From the NCBI GenBank assembly GCA_023227985.1, contig JALOCB010000004.1, positions 7,442 to 71,441 of the forward strand: a stretch of 64,000 nucleotides of DNA, given 5' to 3'. Both the position numbers and the translations under genes were made by a program. Shown here in pieces: positions 37,587 through 48,856 of this stretch. Source of the DNA: Candidatus Omnitrophota bacterium. GTDB lineage: Bacteria; Omnitrophota; Gorgyraeia; Gygaellales; Profunditerraquicolaceae. The notes under the pieces are model-generated. The model ran no database searches. It had not been told where the DNA came from and saw nothing but the letters and a program-made list of their open reading frames with translations. Within the stretch, counting starts at the first letter, position 1. Each line of letters opens with the position of its first letter.

Positions 37587-38477
37587 ATGAACGGTTGCGA
37601 TACCCCTGATACGCACTACCGCAGGATCCGAACTATCCTGATCTGGATACTGGCCCTTAATTGGCTGGTGGCCTTGGCCAAGATCATTTACGGGTTATTC
37701 AGCCGCTTCAGCAGTATGACCGCCGACGGGTTCCATTCCCTCGCTGACGGCACCTCAAATATAATCTGCCTGATCGGCATACATTTTGCCAGCCAGCCGA
37801 CAGATAAAGACCACCCTTACGGCCATAAGAAATACGAAACACTGTTCTCCCTGGTAATAGCCGGCTTGCTTTTTTTCGTCTGTTTCAACCTGTTCAAAGA
37901 AGGCGTCGCTAAACTGCGCCATCCGGCTTATCCCGATATAAACCCGGTTAGTTTCTGCGTAATGCTCGTTACCCTTGGAGTGAATTTATGGGTAATGCGC
38001 TATGAATATAAAAAAGGCCGGGAACTGAAAAGCGACCTGCTCATATCCGACTCTTTGCATACCAAAGCAGATATCTTTATTTCGCTTTCGGTAATCGCCG
38101 CGCTGGTCGTCATGGCGTTAAAAGGCCCGGCGATAATCGACCCGGTCATAACCATCATGATCTCCCTGTTCATCGCCCACGTCGGATTCAAGATAGCCAG
38201 AGAAAGCGCGAGCATCCTATGCGATACGGCGGTGATAATGGATGACCGCAAGATATCCGATGTAGTGCTGAAGATAAAAGGAGTAAAAACCTGCCATAAT
38301 ATCCGCACCCGCGGCAGGCTTGACGACATACATGTCGATATGCACGTCCAAGTAAACCCGCACATGCATATAGACGACGCCCACAAGATAAGCGACACCA
38401 TCGAAGAGGTTTTAAAAAAAGCTATCCCCGGGGTAACTGATGTGGTCGTGCATATGGAACCTTTGGAAAAACATTAA
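37587..38477 (+). CDS. cation diffusion facilitator family transporter
   Basis: Six transmembrane helices carry HSLADG and H/D metal sites. A C-terminal cytoplasmic domain follows. Length is 296 aa. This is one of only two plus-strand genes in the window. Confidence 0.85.
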   Translation: MNGCDTPDTHYRRIRTILIWILALNWLVALAKIIYGLFSRFSSMTADGFHSLADGTSNIICLIGIHFASQPTDKDHPYGHKKYETLFSLVIAGLLFFVCFNLFKEGVAKLRHPAYPDINPVSFCVMLVTLGVNLWVMRYEYKKGRELKSDLLISDSLHTKADIFISLSVIAALVVMALKGPAIIDPVITIMISLFIAHVGFKIARESASILCDTAVIMDDRKISDVVLKIKGVKTCHNIRTRGRLDDIHVDMHVQVNPHMHIDDAHKISDTIEEVLKKAIPGVTDVVVHMEPLEKH

Positions 38478-39616
38478 ATACCCTTCAAGATGAACCACAG
38501 CCCGCAGCTGGCTACCAGCCCCATGATCCCGCCGAAATAAAACGTCGCCGCGGGCCCAAAGAATTTCCAAAGAAGCCCGGCCAATAAAGAAGCCGGCAAA
38601 AGCCCGATCCCCACCAATGTCGCGTGCAGGCCCATAGTAGTGGCTTTAAGGTCCTGCGGAGATATATCCGTTACCAGGGCTTTCTCCACGCCCTCTGTAA
38701 ATCCCATATACATCCCGTAAACGCCGAAAAGCACCCAGAACATCAGCATAGACGTATTCAAAGCAAACCCCAGATAAACCGCCGCGTACATCAGGTAACC
38801 CAGGACCAGCACCTTCTTGCGGCCGATCTTATCGGAAAGCCGGGAAGCAGGATAAGTAAAAAGCACACGGGAGATATTGTAAACAAGGTAAAGCAGGATC
38901 ACCGCGGGCAAGGGATTGCCCGCGTCTTTGGCTCTAAGTAAAAGGAACTGATTGGAAGAATTGCCCAGAGTAAATATAAAAGTAAATATCAGAAAAAGTT
39001 TTAACCTTTTATCCAAACTTTTCCACTGGAATTTTATCTTCGGCCTGGCGTTCTCTTTTACCCCGCCTTTTTCCTTTACCAGGAATAAAAACGCGACGCC
39101 CAGGAAAGCCGGTATCAAAGAAAGCAGGAATATATTACGGACATTCCCTTTATAATACACCACGAAAAAATATGCCAGGATAACCCCGCCTACCGCGCCT
39201 AACGCGTCCAGGCTGCGATGCAGTCCGAACGCCGCCCCCCTTTTTCCGGAACCCGTAGATTCGGCGATCAACGCGTCCCGCGGAGAGGTACGCACCCCCT
39301 TACCGAACCGTTCGATCATCCTGCCAGCCATGACTAAGCCCCAACTGCCGGCAAAATACAGGAATAATTTCCCGGCCGCGGAATTGGCATAACCGAAAAT
39401 AGTGAACGGCTTGCGCTTCTTCAGTTTATCCGACCAATACCCGGAAAAAACTTTCAAAATGCTGGCGACGCTCTCGGCGATACCTTCGATCAAACCCAGG
39501 ATAGCCGGGCTTGCGCCCAAAGTGCTGACCAAAAATACCGGAAGTATCGGATAGATCATCTCGCTGGAGACATCGGTCAAGAAACTGGTAATCCCCAGGA
39601 TGATGATATTAAACAT
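38474..39616 (-). CDS. MFS transporter
   Basis: The 380-aa protein has 12 transmembrane helices and MFS motif A-like loops (GRMIERFGKGVR). Confidence 0.8.
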   Translation of the reverse strand: MFNIIILGITSFLTDVSSEMIYPILPVFLVSTLGASPAILGLIEGIAESVASILKVFSGYWSDKLKKRKPFTIFGYANSAAGKLFLYFAGSWGLVMAGRMIERFGKGVRTSPRDALIAESTGSGKRGAAFGLHRSLDALGAVGGVILAYFFVVYYKGNVRNIFLLSLIPAFLGVAFLFLVKEKGGVKENARPKIKFQWKSLDKRLKLFLIFTFIFTLGNSSNQFLLLRAKDAGNPLPAVILLYLVYNISRVLFTYPASRLSDKIGRKKVLVLGYLMYAAVYLGFALNTSMLMFWVLFGVYGMYMGFTEGVEKALVTDISPQDLKATTMGLHATLVGIGLLPASLLAGLLWKFFGPAATFYFGGIMGLVASCGLWFILKGI

Positions 39617-41183
39617 TCTTCCTCCTGTTTCTTAATACCACCGCTCCCAATAAACCCGCCAGGATCAGGATAAAGATATCGCCGTAACGCGTATAAAAAG
39701 TCAAACCATAACCCCCTGTCGATAAAAGCGCGGTTTTATGGCCATCAATGAAGATATTTCTTCCCCGGCCATCCCGGATAACATTAAATGCCTTCCCTTT
39801 TGGCGCAATAAATTCGGATATCCCGGTGTTCGCGCAGCGCGCCACAGGCACCCTGTTCTCTACTGCCCGGAACACAGCGCAAAGGCTGTGCTGAAAGGAA
39901 GCGGGTGTATGCATATACCAGGCGTCATTAGTAATATTCACCAGGAAACCGGCGCCCGCGCGGACAAAATTACGGGATAATTCCGGGAAAACATCCTCAA
40001 AACAAATCAATACCCCGAATTTGCTTTTTGCTTTGTTCGCGCCGGCGATGTCAAACAAGGTATATTCCCTCCCGAAAGATATCTCGCCGATGGGCACTAT
40101 CGTATCCAAGAACGGCAGGACTTTGCGTAAAGGGATGTATTCGCCGAACGGCACAAGATGCAGTTTATCATACCTCTGTTCCAATATGCCTTGCCGGGAG
40201 GTCAAGACAGCGCTGTTATAATAAGAATTGCCCCGGAGAGTTACCGCGCCTAAAAGCAGCGGCAGGCTGTTTTCGCGGCAGAACTGCCGGACTATCTCAT
40301 AATAAACCGGGTCTGCTTCCAATATCACCGGCAAAGCCGCTTCCGGCCAGACAACTACGTCGGGATTGTCCCGGACTGCCTTACGGGTGATATCCAGGTA
40401 TTTATTGATTATGAAATCCTTGGTGCCACTGCTCCATTTCAATTCCTGGGGAATGTTGCCTTGGATGATCGCGACCTTAAATGAGTTAATATTTAACGGC
40501 TGGGGGCCGCGGTTTAATTTGTAGAAACCGTACGCGAATGCGGCTATCAGGCATAATATCGGAACAGATAATCCCTTGATCCTCGCGCTAACCGGCAGCC
40601 GCTCGCTTCCGGCAGACGCCCGCTTAACGCATACCGCGTAAATAGCGACGTTCGCCGTCAATATCAGGAATGAAACGCCCCATACCCCGGTAATATCCGC
40701 GATCTGGATGATCGGCAGGTTTAAGCATTGGCTGTACCCGGTCAATGCCCAGCCGAACCCGGTCAAAAGGTCGCTGCGCAGGTATTCCAAAATCACCCAG
40801 AAACCAGGGACCAGAAGTATTGCCGAATTCCGATGTTTAGAAAAGAAATACGCGCAGGCGGCTCCGAATACCCCCTGGTATAAAGCCAGGTACAAAAGCA
40901 TAAGCGCAAGGCCAAGCCCGGTTACATAAGCCAGCCAGTAAACGGTCGCCAGCCAGAAAATAATCCCGCCGGCATAGGCGATCAAAAAAGCCTTAACCGG
41001 GGCTTTCCCGTCTATCGCAACAAATAAAGGAATAAAACCGAACCAGGAGACGAGCCAGAATATCCCGTTAAAAAATGGCAGGCAAAGCAGTATTGCGGAA
41101 AAAGAAGACAGAACAAAAGGATTAAAGACAAATCTTTTTATCACCGGCCGATAAACCAGCTGTTTTTCTAAGCGCCGCAGCAT
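39609..41183 (-). CDS. lnt: apolipoprotein N-acyltransferase
   Basis: The N-terminal polytopic region is followed by a CN-hydrolase domain with E...K...C ([11 protein letters not shown]). Length is 524 aa. Confidence 0.85.
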   Translation of the reverse strand: MLRRLEKQLVYRPVIKRFVFNPFVLSSFSAILLCLPFFNGIFWLVSWFGFIPLFVAIDGKAPVKAFLIAYAGGIIFWLATVYWLAYVTGLGLALMLLYLALYQGVFGAACAYFFSKHRNSAILLVPGFWVILEYLRSDLLTGFGWALTGYSQCLNLPIIQIADITGVWGVSFLILTANVAIYAVCVKRASAGSERLPVSARIKGLSVPILCLIAAFAYGFYKLNRGPQPLNINSFKVAIIQGNIPQELKWSSGTKDFIINKYLDITRKAVRDNPDVVVWPEAALPVILEADPVYYEIVRQFCRENSLPLLLGAVTLRGNSYYNSAVLTSRQGILEQRYDKLHLVPFGEYIPLRKVLPFLDTIVPIGEISFGREYTLFDIAGANKAKSKFGVLICFEDVFPELSRNFVRAGAGFLVNITNDAWYMHTPASFQHSLCAVFRAVENRVPVARCANTGISEFIAPKGKAFNVIRDGRGRNIFIDGHKTALLSTGGYGLTFYTRYGDIFILILAGLLGAVVLRNRRKNV

Positions 41184-44119
41184 TTTTTATATTTCTTGCC
41201 GGATCCGCAAGGGCAAGGGTCATTTCTGCCCACCCGGGCTTGCGTCTTTTTTGCAGGAGCGTGCTTTTGCTGCAAACTATCCGGAGAAAAGTCGGCATTA
41301 CCCGGGGGTTGGTCCTGGCGGGGATCCGCCGGACGGCCGGCTTCCGGATGAATCATCTCCTGGCCGCCGGAATCAAAAACGCCTTTGAACCTCGCGGTCC
41401 TGGCAGGCTGGAGTTTGAAGATCATCTCCAGGGACTCCTCTTCTATCCCGGCGATCATTTCGCTGAAACCCGTAAAGGCCTCGTTCTTGTATTCGATCAA
41501 GGGGTCCCGATTCCCGTAAGCGCGCAGGCCTATGCCCTCGCGTAATTTATCCATCGCGTAAAGATGATCTTTCCACTTGCCGTCGATCATCTGCAGAAAG
41601 ACCATCCGTTCCATATCCCGCATTATATCCGAGCCTACCGCCTTTTCTTTTCCTTCGTAAGCCAGCATAACCGCCTTGAGCAGATCTTCTTTTATATCGG
41701 ACTTCTTGTCCTCTTTAAAAATTTTCTGGTCCAGGGACAGGCCGAATTTCTGCTGCACTCCTTCGATTATACCGGAAAGATCCTCGTCTTTTATTTCAAC
41801 CGCGTCTTCTTTGATATACTGATCGACTACCGCCGCGATGACCCTTTGGGCCATTCCTGAAATATCCTCTTTGAGCGAGATGCCTCCCAGCACAGCCCGG
41901 CGCTGCCCGTAAATCACCTCTCTCTGTTTATTCATCACGTTGTCGTATTCCAGAAGCTGTTTGCGGATCTCGAAGTTATGCTGTTCGACCCGGTGCTGGG
42001 CGGTTTCGATGGACTTGGAGATCATCCTGGCCATATGCCCATCTTTCAGGGTCAAAGGCTGGCCTTCGGTATCAAGGCCATCCAAAAGCTTCATTATCCA
42101 TTCCGGGGCGAACAAACGCATCAGTTCATCGGAAAAAGAAACATAGAACCTGGACGATCCCGGGTCGCCCTGACGGCCGCAGCGGCCGCGCAGCTGATTG
42201 TCGATACGCCGGGCCTCATGCCGCTCCGTGCCCAGCACATGCAATCCGCCCAGCGAAACTACTTTTTCATGCTCCTGGCTGGTCTGAGCCTTATAACCGG
42301 CGAGGGTCTTTTTGTATTCATCGTAATAAAGAGGGTCTTCCGCGCCGAATTTCTGCCTGGCTATGCTCTTGGCGATGAATTCGGCGTTGCCGCCCAATAA
42401 AATATCCGTGCCTCTTCCTGCCATATTGGTGGCGATGGTCACGGCCTTATGCCTTCCGGCCTGGGCCACGATCTGGGCTTCCATTTCATGATATTTGGCG
42501 TTAAGCACCTGATGGGGGATGCCGCGTCTTTTAAGCATCCCGGAAAGCCTTTCCGACTTTTCTATGGAAATAGTCCCAACCAGGACAGGCTTGCCTTTGT
42601 TATAATTATCGGCGATCTCTTCGACCACGGCGTTGAATTTTTCCTCTTCGGTCTTATAAACGCAATCATGGTAATTAGCCCTGATCAGGGGCCGGTTGGT
42701 AGGGATGACTACCACGTCCAGCTTGTATATGGACTTGAATTCATTAGCCTCGGTATAAGCCGTTCCGGTCATACCCGAAAGTTTCTCATACATCCGGAAA
42801 TAATTCTGGAAGGTGATCGTGGCCAAGGTCTGATTCTCCTGCTCGATCTTAAGCCCTTCTTTTGATTCTATAGCCTGATGCAGGCCGTCGGACCAGCGCC
42901 TGCCGGGCATCAGCCTGCCGGTGAATTCGTCAACTATTATCACCTGGCCATCCTTGACTATATATTCGGTATCCAGCTTGAAATATTCCTTGGCCCGCAG
43001 CGCCTGAATGGTATGGTGCTTGCATTCCATGGTCTCAATGCTGTGCAGGTCAGCCACGCCCCAAAGCCGGCCTGCCTTGGATTCGCCTTCTTCCGTAAGC
43101 GAAATAGAATGTGAATTTTCATCCGCCTCGTAATCATAACCCTTAGAAAGATCCTCGCCTTTATATTTAGCGTTGATCTTCTGGGTTTCGGTGATCCGCA
43201 CGCCTTTTAACTGGTCGGCGATGCGCTTGGCGGTATAATATTTATCGGTTGATTCTTCGGTAGCCCCGGAGATGATCAAAGGGGTCCTGGCTTCGTCTAT
43301 TAGTATGGAGTCCACTTCGTCGACTATCGCGAAATAGAATTCCCGCTGGACCATATCCTGGATCCGGTATTTCATATTGTCGCGAAGGTAATCAAAGCCG
43401 AATTCGTTGTTCGTCCCGTAGGTTATATCGCATCCGTAAGCCGCCTGCCTCTGCTGATCATCCAGGTCATGCTGGATAACCCCGACGCTCAGGCCCAGGA
43501 ATTCAAAAACCGGGCCCATCCATTCGCTGTCCCTTTTCGCCAGGTAATCGTTGACCGTCACGATATGCACGCCTTTGCCCATAAGCGCGTTAAGATACGC
43601 CGGAAGAGTGGCCACCAGGGTCTTTCCTTCTCCGGTGGACATCTCGGATATCCTGCCTTCATGAAGCATTAATCCTCCGGCGATCTGGACGTCGAAATGC
43701 CGAAGGCCGATAGTCCTGCGGCTGGCCTCCCTGACCACGGCAAACGCCTCGGCGAGTATTTCTTCAAAGGCCTTGTTCCTGGTGAATTTAAGTTTATCCT
43801 TTAACCTGTCCCTCTCCTCCGGGATGGATATCTCGCCCAGCATATCCGATATGGAATTTATCTCCGGCTCGATCTGCGCGCTCTTTTTTGTTATATGCCC
43901 CTTGAACTTCGCGGTCATCGCTTTAAGTTCCTGGTCCGAAAGCCGCTCTATTTTCGGTTCCAGCCGGTTAACCATATCCACGGTCCTGGCCACCCGGGCC
44001 ATCATATTCATCGAAGATATCGGCATATCCGGATGAAGGGTTATACTCACACCGGGATAATTTCTCTTGATCGCGTTCTGCTTGCTGTTCAGGCTTATTT
44101 TTCGGATAAATCCTAACAT
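41168..44119 (-). CDS. secA: preprotein translocase ATPase SecA
   Basis: Contains DEAD-like motor motifs and the C-terminal zinc finger [14 protein letters not shown]. Length is 983 aa. The true start may be an internal Met at about 44011. Confidence 0.92.
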   Translation of the reverse strand: MLGFIRKISLNSKQNAIKRNYPGVSITLHPDMPISSMNMMARVARTVDMVNRLEPKIERLSDQELKAMTAKFKGHITKKSAQIEPEINSISDMLGEISIPEERDRLKDKLKFTRNKAFEEILAEAFAVVREASRRTIGLRHFDVQIAGGLMLHEGRISEMSTGEGKTLVATLPAYLNALMGKGVHIVTVNDYLAKRDSEWMGPVFEFLGLSVGVIQHDLDDQQRQAAYGCDITYGTNNEFGFDYLRDNMKYRIQDMVQREFYFAIVDEVDSILIDEARTPLIISGATEESTDKYYTAKRIADQLKGVRITETQKINAKYKGEDLSKGYDYEADENSHSISLTEEGESKAGRLWGVADLHSIETMECKHHTIQALRAKEYFKLDTEYIVKDGQVIIVDEFTGRLMPGRRWSDGLHQAIESKEGLKIEQENQTLATITFQNYFRMYEKLSGMTGTAYTEANEFKSIYKLDVVVIPTNRPLIRANYHDCVYKTEEEKFNAVVEEIADNYNKGKPVLVGTISIEKSERLSGMLKRRGIPHQVLNAKYHEMEAQIVAQAGRHKAVTIATNMAGRGTDILLGGNAEFIAKSIARQKFGAEDPLYYDEYKKTLAGYKAQTSQEHEKVVSLGGLHVLGTERHEARRIDNQLRGRCGRQGDPGSSRFYVSFSDELMRLFAPEWIMKLLDGLDTEGQPLTLKDGHMARMISKSIETAQHRVEQHNFEIRKQLLEYDNVMNKQREVIYGQRRAVLGGISLKEDISGMAQRVIAAVVDQYIKEDAVEIKDEDLSGIIEGVQQKFGLSLDQKIFKEDKKSDIKEDLLKAVMLAYEGKEKAVGSDIMRDMERMVFLQMIDGKWKDHLYAMDKLREGIGLRAYGNRDPLIEYKNEAFTGFSEMIAGIEEESLEMIFKLQPARTARFKGVFDSGGQEMIHPEAGRPADPRQDQPPGNADFSPDSLQQKHAPAKKTQARVGRNDPCPCGSGKKYKKCCGA

Positions 44120-44131
44120 TGGAATGCCTTT

Positions 44132-45242
44132 TTATTTACCGGCGATCGGCGACTTCTGGCTTTTTAAGTATGCCTGGATGAACTCATCTATTTTGCCGTC
44201 CATCACCGCGTTAACGTTGCCGGTTTCATGTTCAGTACGGTGGTCTTTTACCATGGTATAGGGCTGCATGACATAAGAACGTATCTGGCTGCCCCATTCT
44301 ATCTTCTTTTTTTCAGTCGCGTGTTTGGCCAGTTCCCGCTCTTTCTGCTGCTCTTTCAATTCATAAAGCCGAGCCTTTAATATCTTTAAAGCGGTCTGTT
44401 TATTCTGATGCTGCGAACGCTCATTCTGGCACTGGGCCACAAGCCCGGTGGGGGTATGCGTGATCCTCACCGCAGTGTCCGATTTCTGCATATGCTGCCC
44501 GCCGGCGCCCTGGGCACGGAACGTCTCAATAGCCAGGTCTTTCTCGTCGATCTCTATCAGGCTTTCTTCCCCCAGGTCCGGGCTGACATCTACCGAGGCA
44601 AAAGAGGTATGCCTGCGTTTATTTGAATCAAAAGGGGATATCCTGACCAGGCGATGAACGCCTCTTTCCGCCTTCAAATAACCATATACATAATCGCCCT
44701 GGATAAGGATGGTCGCGTTCTTTACCCCGGCCTCTTCTCCTTCCAGGAAATCTGCGGTTTTTACCTTGTAACCTTTATCCTCGGCCCAGCGGGTATACAT
44801 CCTCAACAGCATGCTTGCCCAGTCGCAGGCCTCGGTCCCCCCTGCACCTGCATTAATGCTCAAAAATGCGCTGTTCCTGTCGCACTCGCCATTAAGCAAG
44901 GCGTAAAATTCTATCCCCGCTACTTCCTTCTCCAGAGCGTCGACGCCCTTGTTCAATTCATCGCATAACTGCAGGTCATCAGGCTTGAGGATATCCAAAA
45001 GCTCCTTAAGCTCTTCATACCGCTTGAATGCGTTTTCCCAGGGTTCAATCCCGGACTTCAGCGCTTTTAATTCTTTGACTGTTCGGGAGGAGTTAGAATC
45101 GTCGTTCCAGAAATCGGGACTGGACATTTTTGCGGACAGTTCGTCGATCTGTTTCTTCTTGTTATCCCTGTCAAAGATAACCTCTTAGATTCTGGATATC
45201 CCCGTATATAGCCGCAAGCCTTGCTTTCAAATCATCTAACAT
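44132..45242 (-). CDS. prfB: peptide chain release factor 2 with a programmed +1 ribosomal frameshift
   Basis: Frame 0 runs from the ATG at about 45242 to the TGA at about 45171 and encodes MLDDLKARLAAIYGDIQNLRGYL*. The final codons are CTT TGA C, preceded by an AGAGGT SD-like element. A +1 shift then gives DRDNKKKQIDELSAKMSSPDFWND... through the GGQ motif (GAGGQHMQKSDTAVRITH) to 44132. The track shows only the downstream segment 44132..45127. Confidence 0.85.
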
Positions 45243-45254
45243 TTATTCCTCCGT

Positions 45255-46334
45255 TTATCTCGTTTTTATCCCTTTTAAAGCCAGGGCGAAATCATCTTTA
45301 TTATCGGCGAAGCTTACTGCTTGTTCCTCGGTGATCTTACCGGCATTGACCATTTTTACCAGCGCCTGTTCAAAAGACTGCATACCGAAAACCTCGCCCT
45401 CTTCAATATATTTAGCCATATTCACCGCTTTGTTCTCGCGGATAAGCCGGCTTATGGTCGGGGTAAGCAGCATAACCTCCGCGGCGGGGACCCTGCCCGA
45501 GCCGTCCTTTAACGGGATCAACCGCAGGGATATCACCCCTTTTAAAAGCGAAGCCAGTTGGGAACAAACCTGGGGCTGTTGATGCGGGGGGAAAAAGTTA
45601 ACGATCCTTTCCACTGTCTGAGAGGCGTTCACCGTGTGCAGAGTGCTCAACACCAGCACGCCTGTCTCGGCGATCGTGATAGCCGCCGCCATTGTCTCGG
45701 TATCGCGGATGTTGCCTATATATATCACATCCGGGCTTTGCAGGGTGAATGAACGCAAGGCCGTGGGATAAGACATCACATCCTTGCCGATTTCCCGCTG
45801 ATTGACTATGGAATTCTTATCCTGGAACGTGCATTCTATCGGCTCTTCCAGGGTAAGTATATGCTTATGGCTGTTTATATTGATGTACTCAATAATACTG
45901 GCGATGGTAGTGGACTTTCCCGAGCCCATGGTCCCGGTCAAAAGGATCAGTCCCCGGCGCTCCATTACCAGTTTCTTAAGCACCTCCGCCGGGAGATTCA
46001 GGTCCTCCAGCCCTTTTATCACCGAAGGGATGCTGCGGATAACGATCGACGGCCAATTGCGCTGGCGAAAGATGCTCACGCGAAAACGGTGTTTTAATTC
46101 CGGGCAATAATAAGCGAATTCCAGGTCGAGATTTTTCTTGAAAAATTCCCGGAATTCCTCGGAAATAAGCTTCTGGAAGGTAAGGTCGATATCATCCACT
46201 GAAACGACCTGATCGGTAGCATTGACCACCTGTCCGTGAATGCGCATGCGCACAGTGCCCCCGGCGCGGTAAAACATATCCGAGGCGCCCTTCTCAATCA
46301 TCATCTTCAAATAATCTATTATATCCAAAAACAC
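45255..46334 (-). CDS. pilT: type IV pilus retraction ATPase PilT
   Basis: Contains Walker A GTMGSGKST, Asp/His boxes, and a PilT-family C-terminus. Length is 359 aa. Confidence 0.85.
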   Translation of the reverse strand: MFLDIIDYLKMMIEKGASDMFYRAGGTVRMRIHGQVVNATDQVVSVDDIDLTFQKLISEEFREFFKKNLDLEFAYYCPELKHRFRVSIFRQRNWPSIVIRSIPSVIKGLEDLNLPAEVLKKLVMERRGLILLTGTMGSGKSTTIASIIEYININSHKHILTLEEPIECTFQDKNSIVNQREIGKDVMSYPTALRSFTLQSPDVIYIGNIRDTETMAAAITIAETGVLVLSTLHTVNASQTVERIVNFFPPHQQPQVCSQLASLLKGVISLRLIPLKDGSGRVPAAEVMLLTPTISRLIRENKAVNMAKYIEEGEVFGMQSFEQALVKMVNAGKITEEQAVSFADNKDDFALALKGIKTR

Positions 46335-46428
46335 CCCCCTGTTGTTTTTTATTATACCACTCCGCGGCTTTTTTCAGTAGGGAAAAATTCCATGTGCCTG
46401 ACAAACATCAGCCTGGCCTGCGCGTCCG

Positions 46429-46710
46429 TTAATATCTTCTGTTCCCTATGCACTTTAACAGCGCCTTTTCTGAAGCCAAAAGCGCTCTTTTGCGTTCCCT
46501 GCCCAGGGCATAACCTCCCGGGCTATTGTCGCTTTTTATTACCCGGTGGCAGGGGATAATCAGTAGATACGGATTGTTTTTAAGCGCCTGCCCTGCGGCC
46601 CTGGCTGCACCCGGTTTCCCCGCCCTGGCAGCCACCCATTTGTATGTGCGCACCTGGCCGAAAGGGATACCCATTATTATTTTGCATACTTTCCAGGCCC
46701 AGGCGGTCAT
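46429..46710 (-). CDS. methylated-DNA-protein-cysteine methyltransferase, stand-alone DNA-binding/catalytic domain (MGMT C-domain, active Cys retained)
   Basis: Contains IPCHRVI, the PCHR active-site motif with Cys, so this is not an ATL-type Trp substitution. The protein is only 93 aa and has no N-terminal domain. Confidence 0.6.
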   Translation of the reverse strand: MTAWAWKVCKIIMGIPFGQVRTYKWVAARAGKPGAARAAGQALKNNPYLLIIPCHRVIKSDNSPGGYALGRERKRALLASEKALLKCIGNRRY

Positions 46711-46711
46711 A

Positions 46712-47956
46712 TTATTCCAGGATTTTTTTCTTATGCAAAAGGTGGTGGTATTTCAAGGCGAACCTATGCGCCTCATCCCTCACCCTGCGGATAAGGTTAA
46801 GTCCGGGGCTGTCCAATCTCATCTTTAGGACCTCTGAACCTCGCTTAGTATAAATGTTCTCTTCTTTTTTCGCTATGCTTATCAGCGCGAGGTCCAGCCC
46901 AAGCTTTCTTAACTCGTCTTCAGCAGCCAGAAAATGTTGTTTCCCGCCGTCAATCAGGACCAGGTCGGGCAAATCCCTTTTTTCCTCTTTTAACCGGCTG
47001 TACCTGCGCCGGACCGCTTCCCGGAGCATGCTGTAATCATCTATTCCAGAAACAGTTTTGATCCTGAACCTGCGGTAATTATCTTTATCCGGGGAGCCCT
47101 TATAGAAACTGACCATTGAGCCGCAGGCCTCTTTGCCTGAGATATTGGATATGTCGAAACCCTCTATGCGCAAGGGCAGATCCTTGATCCCGGATATTTT
47201 CTTCAGATCCTCCATCTCTTCATTCCCCGGGGCGAAGCCGCCTTTAGCAATTGCGCTCAAGGCGGAAATCTGGTCGCGGATCCGGCCGGCATCCTCGAAC
47301 TTTCTTTCTTTTGAAAAGCGCTCCATTTTCAAAGCTAGGTTATATATCAGTTTTTCATACCGGGAATCCAAAAACATGCGGATATCTTCAATGATACCTT
47401 GGTAATCTTTTCGGCTGACCTTATCCGCGCAGGGCCCGGGGCAAAGTTTCAGCCGGTAATAAAGACAGGGGATTTTCGGCATACTCTTGCAGGAACGGAA
47501 ACCGAATACCTGGCGGATGACCTTTAACGCCTGGCGCAAGAGCTGGGCGCTGGTATACGGGCCGAAGTACGAAGCGCTATCATTATCAGCCCGGGATTTC
47601 TGCCGGCAGATGGAGACCACCGGAAAATCCTCGCCTGATATCCGGATCAAAGGGAATGACTTGTCGTCTTTAAGGCTGATATTATACTGCGGCTGTTTCT
47701 CCTTTATCAACGCCGCTTCCAACAACTGCGCCTGTGATTCAGTGGGAGTAAGGATATGCTCCAAGCCGGCTATTTTGGCGACCATTGCCTGGGTCTTGGC
47801 GGAAAGAAAACGGCTAAAATAAGACTGCACCCTTTTTTTTAGGGATTTGGCTTTGCCGATATAAATAATCTCTCCGGCGGCGTCCTTGTAAATATAAACC
47901 CCGGGGAGGTCCGGCAAAGAATCGACTTTCGCTCTCAGGTTGCCTTTATCGTTCAT
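46712..47956 (-). CDS. UvrC-like excinuclease (GIY-YIG domain, UVR/Cys region and RNase H-like endonuclease domain; lacks the C-terminal (HhH)2)
   Basis: Contains LPDLPGVYIYKDAAGEIIYIGKAKSLKKRVQSYF (GIY-YIG) and ...RDEAHRFAL near the C-terminus. The protein is 414 aa, compared with about 600 for canonical UvrC. Confidence 0.65.
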   Translation of the reverse strand: MNDKGNLRAKVDSLPDLPGVYIYKDAAGEIIYIGKAKSLKKRVQSYFSRFLSAKTQAMVAKIAGLEHILTPTESQAQLLEAALIKEKQPQYNISLKDDKSFPLIRISGEDFPVVSICRQKSRADNDSASYFGPYTSAQLLRQALKVIRQVFGFRSCKSMPKIPCLYYRLKLCPGPCADKVSRKDYQGIIEDIRMFLDSRYEKLIYNLALKMERFSKERKFEDAGRIRDQISALSAIAKGGFAPGNEEMEDLKKISGIKDLPLRIEGFDISNISGKEACGSMVSFYKGSPDKDNYRRFRIKTVSGIDDYSMLREAVRRRYSRLKEEKRDLPDLVLIDGGKQHFLAAEDELRKLGLDLALISIAKKEENIYTKRGSEVLKMRLDSPGLNLIRRVRDEAHRFALKYHHLLHKKKILE

Positions 47957-47972
47957 GGCCGATTTACCAGTC

Positions 47973-48272
47973 CTAAGTCAGGTTCTGATAATAATTCATT
48001 ATCGATCCCAGCGAGTTCTTTACCTGGATCGTCAGATAAAAGCTGATCAGGGCCACGATCACGCTGATAATTATTTTTTTATTCCGGCTGATGCGCGGGT
48101 TAAGCCAGAGTAACGGCAAGGCCAGAGGTCCGACGCACAAAAATGCCATTACCAGCGCGGCCGGCTTGAAATACCATTTTTCAGGCTGCTTCTTCACCAG
48201 CATCTCCTGACAATGTTTACACTTGATCGCCTCATCTTGGATCTCTTCCGCGCAAAAAGGGCATTTCTTCAT
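47973..48272 (-). CDS. zinc-ribbon membrane protein
   Basis: The sequence CPFCAEEI...CKHCQ is followed by two transmembrane helices. Length is 99 aa. Confidence 0.4.
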   Translation of the reverse strand: MKKCPFCAEEIQDEAIKCKHCQEMLVKKQPEKWYFKPAALVMAFLCVGPLALPLLWLNPRISRNKKIIISVIVALISFYLTIQVKNSLGSIMNYYQNLT

Positions 48273-48850
48273 CCGGCTACCTTCTTTCCAAAAGCCATTG
48301 TCTTTTCCCGGATACCCGGGATTTTCTTTACCTCTCCGGACTCGCCCGCATCAGCCACCAGCAGCGATTCGAATTTCATACTGCTATAATCCGCGGTTAT
48401 AGCGAAAGGTTTCTCCAGGCTATCTAAACCTACGTCCTCAAAAGCGCTGGCAATCAAAGCCAGGGTCTTGCCTTTCAAAGGGGTTTCCATGGTATCCGCT
48501 TTATTGTCCCATTTGTATAACGAGAACATCCGGTCCATTATCAGTTTAAGCTGGGCGCTGGGTCCGTAAAAATAAAGCGGGGTTGCCATAATGATCGCGT
48601 CAACTTCCGCCATTTTTGCCAGCACCGGCCCGGCTTCATCATCGATAACGCATCGGTATTCTTTTATCTTTTGGCATCTTCTGCAAGAAACACAGCCGGT
48701 GGATTTATATTTCAGGAAAGCGGCATTAACAACCTCGACTTGCGCGCCTTTTTCCCGGGCGCCTTCGCAAAACCAATTAACCAGCATTGAGGTGTTCCCG
48801 TTCTTCACCGGGCTTGCGTTAATTACCAGCATCTTTTTAATCATACCCAC
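48269..48850 (-). CDS. NADPH-dependent FMN reductase / iron-sulfur flavoprotein-like
   Basis: Contains MLVINASPVKNGNTS, a flavodoxin-like FMN site, plus a CxxCxxC cluster (CVSCRRC). Confidence 0.65.
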   Translation of the reverse strand: MGMIKKMLVINASPVKNGNTSMLVNWFCEGAREKGAQVEVVNAAFLKYKSTGCVSCRRCQKIKEYRCVIDDEAGPVLAKMAEVDAIIMATPLYFYGPSAQLKLIMDRMFSLYKWDNKADTMETPLKGKTLALIASAFEDVGLDSLEKPFAITADYSSMKFESLLVADAGESGEVKKIPGIREKTMAFGKKVAG

Positions 48851-48856
48851 CCCTAT

